Shown here in pieces: positions 57,371-64,000 of a stretch of DNA of 64,000 bases. The stretch spans positions 3,964-67,963 of the IMG/VR virus record IMGVR_UViG_3300028888_000127. One strand, written 5' to 3'. How positions within the stretch are numbered: the stretch's first letter is position 1; the number at the start of each line of letters is the position of its first letter. The notes beneath the pieces are model-generated. The model ran no database searches. It saw only the letters and a program-made list of their open reading frames with translations, and was not told the DNA's origin. A program made the position numbers and the translations under genes. Origin of the DNA: a virus (lineage: Duplodnaviria; Caudoviricetes).

Positions 57371-58229
57371 ATGAATGTAAGAAAAAGTAACAGTTCTCTT
57401 GAAGAATTTGATAGAGAAAAAGTTAAGAATGGTATTTGTAAAGCGTATGAGTCTATTGGCGAAGAATGTGATGATTTAATTCTTGAAAGTATCGTTAATA
57501 GTCTTTTTCTTTATGACAATATCAGCAGTTCAGAAATAAGGAGACAGGTTGAAGATGCCCTTATGAGTGTTAATAAAAAGGTAGCAAAAGAATATTCAAG
57601 GTCTTATAACGAAAGCGTTCCTAGAAGAAAGAAAAACGACTTCATACAAGCCTATATTCACGCAAAAAATGCTGCAACCGGTTCAAAATTCGACTCAAAT
57701 GCAAATGTTAGCAACAAGAACATTGTAACACTTGGACAAGAATTGTATAAAGAAGATAACATTAAGCAGAATAGGTACATATTGTTTGATAAAATAAGGA
57801 AACTTTATTCAAAAAAGTTGGCAGAACAATATATTAGTGACCTTGAAAGCCATGTTTTATACAAACATGATGAGTCAGGCACTCCTGGGTACCCGTATTG
57901 TGTTGCTATTACAATGTATCCATTTCTTATTGACGGATTAAAAGGTCTTGGTGGCGAATCAATAGCGCCAACAGATTTAAAATCGTTTTGTGGAGAGTTT
58001 ATTAACCTTGTTTATTCTATTTCCTCACAATTTATGGGTGCTGTTGCAACTCCTGAATTTTTAATGTACATGGATTATTTTATTAGAAAGGATTATGGCG
58101 AGGATTATATTAATAGGGTTGATGAAGTTGTTGATTTGAGTAGAAAGAAAAGAACAATTGGTGATGTTATTGACAATGCGTTCCAACAAGTTGTGCATAG
58201 TATGAATATGCCGGCTGGAAATAGAGGGT
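57371..58229 (+). CDS. nrdD: anaerobic ribonucleoside-triphosphate reductase, exon 1
   Basis: ATP-cone N-terminus, NAATGSKFDSNANV, YKHDES, PYCVAI, SQFMGAVA; ends MNMPAGNRG(Y). Confidence 0.92.
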
Positions 58230-59218
58230 AGACTTGTGCCCTTACCGTGTTAAGAGCTTTATCAGGCTCAGTTATGCAAGCATCGGAGTAAAAACCGAGT
58301 AAGTAAATAATACTTGTATAGCTTCGGGGAAGGTTTTATAAATTCAGTATGCTTTTTGGAACATATAAACTATTTATATAAAGAATACAATAATGAAGAT
58401 ATAAAAATAATCCCGAACCAAATTAGACAAAATGTTTGTTTACAAAATAATAAATTCTTTAAATAAAAAATCATATATAGGAATAACAAATGATATTAAC
58501 GAAAGGTTTAATTATCACAGAACTAGATATGATAAAATAACAAAAAAGGAATATATAGAAAAACCACTTTATAAAGCGTTTAGAAAATATGGAATAGAAA
58601 ATTTTAAATTCATTGTTCTTTACAAGAATTTATCAATAGAACGTGCGAAAGAAAAGGAAATTGAATTAATAAGGAAGTTTAAAACGTTAACACATGAAAA
58701 TGGGTATAATGTTACAAAAGGTGGTGATTGGCGTTCTAATTGTGGAGAAAACAACAACACAAGCAAATTAACAGAAGAAGAGGTTCTTGATATAAGAAGA
58801 AGAATTGAAAATGGCGAAAATATAAAATCTGTATATGAAATGTATTCAAATAAAATAACGTTTAGTGGTTTTCAGGGGGTATATTTAGGTAGAACTTGGA
58901 AATATTTGGGAAAACCGAAAAACAATGTACTACCAAATGGAGCTTCGATTGATAAAGATACTGTTCTTAAAATAAGGGAGATGTATGATGGTGGAAAAAA
59001 TCCTCATCAAATATCAGTGGAACTTGGGTTAGAATATAAAAAGTGTCTAAGAATTTGTAAAAAAGAAACATATAAAAATGTCTAATGTGTGTAGAGAGCA
59101 TTTCCTTTGTCGGAAAGTATGTCCCTATTGATACGGGTACAGAAACACACGGGCGTAGTGATACGCAAAAGGTGCTCCACAATATTATTTGATGGTTCCA
59201 ATATCAACTAGTATTTTG
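58230..59218 (+). mobile_element. group I intron (989 nt) in nrdD encoding a GIY-YIG endonuclease
   Basis: P1 GGGU/GCCC with a U.G pair; UUCGGGGAAGG...AAUCCCGAACCAA; P7 GAGCA/UGCUC; P7.1 UUUCC/GGAAA; P8 GCGUA-GUGA-UACGC; terminal G at 59218. Splicing gives NRG-Y-QTVFWNISYFD in frame. Confidence 0.93.
58432..59085 (+). CDS. intron-encoded GIY-YIG homing endonuclease
   Basis: VYKIIN..KSYIGIT..ERF..H...E..LI...GYN; two C-terminal SKLTEEEVLDIR-type HTH modules. Confidence 0.92.
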   Translation: MFVYKIINSLNKKSYIGITNDINERFNYHRTRYDKITKKEYIEKPLYKAFRKYGIENFKFIVLYKNLSIERAKEKEIELIRKFKTLTHENGYNVTKGGDWRSNCGENNNTSKLTEEEVLDIRRRIENGENIKSVYEMYSNKITFSGFQGVYLGRTWKYLGKPKNNVLPNGASIDKDTVLKIREMYDGGKNPHQISVELGLEYKKCLRICKKETYKNV

Positions 59219-60552
59219 ACCAAACGGTTTTTTGGAATATAAGTTATTTTGATAAACCTTATTTTGAAGGTGTATTTGGTGATTTTGTTTTTCCTGATGA
59301 CACAAAGCCTGTATGGGAAACACTTTCGTGGCTTCAAAAGAGATTTATGAAGTGGTTTAATAATGAAAGGCTGAAATATACGTTTACATTCCCAGTTGAA
59401 ACAATGGCATTGCTAACTGATGGTGCAGATGACTTTATGGATAAGGAATATGCTGATTTTACGGCAGAAATGTGGTCTGAGGGACATAGTTTCTTCTGTT
59501 ATTTGTCAGATAGTCCAGATAGCTTGAGCTCATGTTGCCGGTTAAGAAATTCATTGAAGGATTTGGATAATGCGGATGAAGACCATAACCATACAACACA
59601 TCAATATTCAATGGGCACTGCTTCTGTTGCTACCGGCTCAAAATCTGTTATGACGATGAATCTTCCAAGAATTATTCAAGATGCGACAAGAAAGTATTTT
59701 GATGATGAATATGGAATGACATTGGAAAATGGTAAGAATGTTGTTGAAATGGGCCTTGAATATGATAAGGAAGAATTGTATGAATACATAAGGGAAGAAG
59801 TTAGGGAGTTAACTGAACGTGTTCATAAATACCAAACAGCGTTTAACGAGACAATTAAAGACTTCTTGGAAGCAGATATGCTTGATGTTTATAGGGCTGG
59901 GTTTATTGATATGAAGAAGCAATATTTAACAGTCGGCGTTAATGGAATTACAGATGCTGCTGAATTTCTTGGAATTAAAGTTTCTGTAAATGATGAGTAT
60001 AAAGAATTTGTTAATAACATTCTTGAAACCATCAATATTTCAAACAGAAAAGACAAAACAAGAGAATGCATGTTTAATACAGAATTTACGCCATCTGAAA
60101 ATTTGGCTGTTAAAAATTATAAATGGGATAAAAAAGATGGGTATTGGGTAAGTCCAAATAGAAATCTTTATAGTTCTTATTTCTATAATCCAGAAGACGA
60201 GAGTGTAAACATAATCCAAAAAACAGTTTTACATGGTAGGGATTATGTTAAATTTTTGGACGGAGGCTCTGCGTATCATGCTAATTTACAGGAACATATG
60301 TCAAAGGAGCAATATAGACAATTTATGAAAATTGCAGCAAAGAACGGGTGTAATTATTTTACATTCAATGTTAAGAATACTGTTTGCAATGATTGTGGCT
60401 ATATAAGCAAGCATACACTTGATAAATGCCCTCATTGTGGAAGCACAAATCTTGATTATCTTACAAGGGTAATTGGTTATTTGAAAAGGGTATCATCATT
60501 TGCTGAGCCAAGACAAATAGAAGAATCAAAAAGGTATTATTATAAAATGTGA
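59219..60552 (+). CDS. nrdD: anaerobic ribonucleoside-triphosphate reductase, exon 2
   Basis: FTFPVET, SCCRLRN, YLTVGVNG, CNDCG..CPHCGS, glycyl-radical loop TRVIGYL. Confidence 0.95.
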
Positions 60553-60553
60553 T

Positions 60554-60582
60554 AAAAAAGAGAGTTAAACTCTCTTTTTTTT
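60554..60582 (+). terminator. intrinsic terminator
   Basis: AAAAAAGAGAG-TTAAA-CTCTCTTTTTTTT. Confidence 0.8.
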
Positions 60583-60632
60583 AAAAATTTGACTTTTTCA
60601 CCAGGAACTCTATATTTATAATAAAAGTGGAT

Positions 60633-62153
60633 ATGGAAAAAAAATGTTGTATATGTGGAGGAAAATACCATGCAAAGGGGTATTGTGAAAAACATTATTT
60701 ACAATTTAAGCGTCATGGAAAAATATTGGATAGAACAATATATGATAAAAATGAATGGAAAATGCATGAAGACTATGCAGAATGTGTTACATATGATAAA
60801 TATGGTAACAGTAATGGCTTAGTGAAAGTTGATTTGGATGATTTTGAAAAGTTAAAGGGCTATAAAGTTTATTTAAGAGAAAGCATTAATGGTAAAAAGT
60901 ATGCCATGCTAAGTTGCAAATCTCATAAATATTTTGTACATAGGTTTGTTCTTGGTATTTCAAAAGAAAAATATGACAGTTCTTGTAATTCAGTTGACCA
61001 TTTAAATGGCGATTCGCTTGATAATAGAAAATGTAATTTAAGGATATGTTCTCAGAATGAAAATATGAAAAACATAAAGAAAAAAAATAAAATAATTGGT
61101 GTTACATATTTAACAAATGGAGCATATGGAAAAAATTATGTTTCAAATATATGCTTTGAATATAAGAAAAAGTATCTTGGTAGATATTATACGTTTGAAG
61201 AAGCTGTTTATGTAAGGTTGAAGTCTGAGTTTGATATTTTTGGCGATAATGGCTCAAATAGTGAGTATATATATGTTCTCGATTCTGAAAATCCAATTGA
61301 AGAAATTCGTAAATTATTACAAGATGGCTCAATAATTGATTGCGGAACAAAAGAGAAAAAAGAAATTGCTAATGAATTTTTGGTAAGATACAGAAATAGA
61401 ACTAAAAGCAAAACAAAGAAAAGACTGGACGGTAAAAAATGTTGTGTTTGCGGTAATGACGCAAAGCATTCTGCTGCTGATGGAAATTTTTATTGTGGGA
61501 GGCATTATCAACAACTTATAATTAATGGAAAGATTCTTGATAATACATATAAAGATAATAATGTGTGGAAATATTATGATGATTATGCTGAGTGTGAAAT
61601 TTATGATTCAAATAAAAATATTATAGGTAAAATGAAGGTTGATTTGGATGATGCTGATAAATTAAAGAAAAATAGAATTTATGCAACTTCTAAAAATAAA
61701 CAAGGCAAAAGATATGCACTTGTAACTAAAAATGGTAAAAAAACATTAGTACATCGTTTTATTTTAAATATTGAAGAAAATGGGTACGATTGTTATTTAA
61801 ATGTCGTTGACCATTTAAATAATGACACGTTTGATAATAGGAAAAAAAATTTAAGAATATGTAGCCAAAACGAAAATACTAAGAATGGAAGTTCTATAAA
61901 TGGTAAAGTAGTTGGCGTAAAATTTTCAAAAGAAACAAATAAATACTGTTCTTATATTATTAATAATTATAAATATTATATGCTTGGGTATTTTAATAGC
62001 TATTCTGATGCTATTTTGGCCAGGCTAACAAAGGAAAATGAACTACATAAAGGTATTGGGCCAAATAAAGGTTTGTTTTATTTGTTAGAATTAAATAACC
62101 CAATAGAGGAAATAGAACATTTAATAGATTGCGGTACAATAAAAAAAATATAA
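60633..62153 (+). CDS. free-standing HNH endonuclease, internally duplicated (2 x Zn-HNH-AP2-like)
   Basis: CCICG..HAKGYCEKHY / CCVCG..YCGRHY; VDHLNGDSLDNRKCNLR / VDHLNNDTFDNRKKNLR; YLGRY.TFEEA / MLGYF.SYSDA. Confidence 0.88.
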   Translation: MEKKCCICGGKYHAKGYCEKHYLQFKRHGKILDRTIYDKNEWKMHEDYAECVTYDKYGNSNGLVKVDLDDFEKLKGYKVYLRESINGKKYAMLSCKSHKYFVHRFVLGISKEKYDSSCNSVDHLNGDSLDNRKCNLRICSQNENMKNIKKKNKIIGVTYLTNGAYGKNYVSNICFEYKKKYLGRYYTFEEAVYVRLKSEFDIFGDNGSNSEYIYVLDSENPIEEIRKLLQDGSIIDCGTKEKKEIANEFLVRYRNRTKSKTKKRLDGKKCCVCGNDAKHSAADGNFYCGRHYQQLIINGKILDNTYKDNNVWKYYDDYAECEIYDSNKNIIGKMKVDLDDADKLKKNRIYATSKNKQGKRYALVTKNGKKTLVHRFILNIEENGYDCYLNVVDHLNNDTFDNRKKNLRICSQNENTKNGSSINGKVVGVKFSKETNKYCSYIINNYKYYMLGYFNSYSDAILARLTKENELHKGIGPNKGLFYLLELNNPIEEIEHLIDCGTIKKI

Positions 62154-62162
62154 TTTAAAATT

Positions 62163-62657
62163 ATGATTAAATATAAAGATTATTACATAGTTTTCGAGGA
62201 AATTCCTGAAAAAGTAACGCTTGCTGTCAATATAACAAATTGTCAAAACAGATGTGTCGGATGCCATTCCCCTGAACTAAGGGAAAACATCGGAACTGAG
62301 TTGACAAAGGAAGAGGTTGACAAAATGATAAAGGAAAACGATGGAATCAATTGTTTTCTTTTCATGGGTGAGGGAAATGACAAAGAATGCTTAATTTCAC
62401 TTATGCAATACATGAAAGATAAGTATCCGTCTTTAAAGCTTGCATTGTATAGTGGAAGGGAAAAAGTCGAAGGCGAATTGCTTAGATACTTGGATTATGT
62501 CAAGGTTGGCCCATATATTGAAATGTATGGGCCTCTTAATAAAGAAACAACGAACCAGAGGCTATATAAAGTTGAACATGAGTTTGTTGATACGGAATAT
62601 CGCATTACTGATATAACAGATATGTTTTGGAAGAAAAATAGAGTTCGTAATTTTTGA
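62163..62657 (+). CDS. nrdG: anaerobic RNR activating enzyme (radical SAM)
   Basis: FEEIP..TLAVNITNCQNRCVGCHSPEL, FMGEG, KVGPY..GPL..TTNQR. Confidence 0.93.
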   Translation: MIKYKDYYIVFEEIPEKVTLAVNITNCQNRCVGCHSPELRENIGTELTKEEVDKMIKENDGINCFLFMGEGNDKECLISLMQYMKDKYPSLKLALYSGREKVEGELLRYLDYVKVGPYIEMYGPLNKETTNQRLYKVEHEFVDTEYRITDITDMFWKKNRVRNF

Positions 62658-62685
62658 TATGTAAAAAGGTTTGTATTTTTTATTT

Positions 62686-63927
62686 ATGATTAATAGATTA
62701 AAATGTATTATATTTGATGAATTGAAAGACAAACATATGCCTCTTACTGAGAATATTTTGTCTGACGCTGTTTTTGATTATTCTGAGCGTGGTTTTGACA
62801 TAGTAATGTCAGATGGTAAGGAAAGTATAAAAAAACTATTGTATGACAATAAAAACATTGATTGCATAGTTACGATTGGAGATGAAAAAACGTCATATTA
62901 TAAAGAATTGTGTACATATGGGTTTGATATTAGGAAAAAATGGGTTAATATTCCTGAATATAATTCGGAGAAAATTGCCAAATTAATAATTAATGTTTTT
63001 CTTGGTAATATTAATAGAAAAAGGTTAGATTCAAATAAACTTTTTTCAATATTTACGTGCACTTTTAATACTCCAGAATATGAATTAACAAGGCTATATA
63101 ATTCTTTGGTGAATCAAACGTACAAAGAATGGAATTGGTACATACTTGATGATAGTACAAATGATGACGTTATCGAGCTAATAAATTCATTTGAAGATTA
63201 TAGAATTACCGTAATAAAAAACATTACAGACCATGGAAGTATTGGGTTCAATAAGAGAACAATTGCAATGATGTGTGATGGAGATTATTTGGTTGAGGTT
63301 GACCACGATGACGAGTTGACAAATGATTGCTTGTTTTATTTAAAGATGGCGTTTGACAAATATCCTGATAGTGATTTTGTGTATTCAGACGCTTTGGAAG
63401 ATATAGAAGGTGAATCTTGTATATATGGAAATGGATGGGGATGGGGGGAAGGAACCCACAGGGAAGAAGTTGTAAATGGAAGAAATGTTAAATTGTCAGT
63501 TAGCCCAGAAATCAATCCATTTTCAATAAGGACAATCTACGCACAGCCAAATCATGTTAGATGCTGGAAAAAAGATTTTTATCATAGGATAGATGGACAT
63601 AATTCTTCTTTTGGGGTAATGGATGATTGTGAGCTTTTGATAAGGACGTTTTTGAATGGAAAAATGACAAAAGTTGACAAGGTTCTTTACATTCAGTATG
63701 AAAAAAGAAATAGAGGCGATGGAAATGGTACTACGCAATCAAAGCGATTTGGGGAAATACAAAGAACATGTTGGCTATTAAAAGAATTTTATGATAAGGA
63801 TATTCATAATAGAATACTTGAACTTGGCTTTTCTGATTATGCTTGGGATGAAAATGAAAATAAATCAATTATATGGAAAAAACACAAACCTGGGCTTGAG
63901 ATAATGAGCCATTTGGTGAAACCATAA
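62686..63927 (+). CDS. glycosyltransferase family 2 with N-terminal extension
   Basis: IFTCTFNT, WYILDDS, VEVDHDD (DxD), VYSD, MDDCEL. ATG at 62686 is preferred over TTG at 62671. Confidence 0.88.
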   Translation: MINRLKCIIFDELKDKHMPLTENILSDAVFDYSERGFDIVMSDGKESIKKLLYDNKNIDCIVTIGDEKTSYYKELCTYGFDIRKKWVNIPEYNSEKIAKLIINVFLGNINRKRLDSNKLFSIFTCTFNTPEYELTRLYNSLVNQTYKEWNWYILDDSTNDDVIELINSFEDYRITVIKNITDHGSIGFNKRTIAMMCDGDYLVEVDHDDELTNDCLFYLKMAFDKYPDSDFVYSDALEDIEGESCIYGNGWGWGEGTHREEVVNGRNVKLSVSPEINPFSIRTIYAQPNHVRCWKKDFYHRIDGHNSSFGVMDDCELLIRTFLNGKMTKVDKVLYIQYEKRNRGDGNGTTQSKRFGEIQRTCWLLKEFYDKDIHNRILELGFSDYAWDENENKSIIWKKHKPGLEIMSHLVKP

Positions 63928-63955
63928 AATTAGGGTACTATATGCCATTTGGAAC

Positions 63956-63988
63956 AAAACGCATCCTATTGGGTGCGTTTTTTTTTTT
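63956..63988 (+). terminator. intrinsic terminator
   Basis: AAAACGCATCC-TATT-GGGTGCGTTTT followed by a long T tract. Confidence 0.8.
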
Positions 63989-64000
63989 CAATTGTCCATA

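Noticed and set aside
1-64000. Stop-codon reassignment (TAG to Gln), as in some gut jumbo phages
   Set aside because: Long conserved genes are uninterrupted in code 11 and TAG ends genes at sensible places. All breaks are explained by introns, the split intein or frameshifts.
1-64000. CRISPR arrays, tRNA/rRNA genes, diversity-generating retroelement
   Set aside because: I saw no regularly spaced repeat-spacer units, cloverleafs, rRNA or reverse transcriptase motifs by eye; a tRNAscan run would be needed to exclude tRNAs firmly.

Overview
This 64 kb AT-rich window comes from a large dsDNA tailed phage (jumbo myovirus type, distantly T4-like), read in standard code 11. The host is probably an anaerobic member of Bacteroidota; this is inferred from the lack of Shine-Dalgarno motifs, a Bacteroidota-style lipoprotein signal and NrdD/NrdG. 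The left part (minus strand) holds a family B DNA polymerase broken into three pieces. A naturally split intein sits at the catalytic D|TD motif, its halves separated by two tandem Hef-like endonuclease genes, and an ORF-less group I intron interrupts the C-terminal half. NADAR, several small paralogue families and a SNF2 helicase with a class 3 LAGLIDADG intein follow. The middle part is a contractile tail module (neck, sheath, tube, chaperones, tape measure, baseplate proteins with OmpA-like and amidase domains) interrupted by endonucleases and an accessory island. The right part holds SSB, thymidine kinase, RecA/UvsX, PhoH, 5'-3' exonuclease, DnaB-like helicase, nrdD (group I intron with GIY-YIG ORF), a double HNH nuclease, nrdG and a GT2 glycosyltransferase. 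The strongest leads are four: (1) the doubly spliced, fractured polymerase; (2) cassettes of late promoter plus conserved N-terminal leader plus variable cargo, bounded by direct repeats of terminator hairpins; (3) endonucleases combining variable Zn-repeat arrays with a Mom-like GNAT domain; (4) three frameshift sites. All assignments come from reading motifs by eye; no database searches were run.
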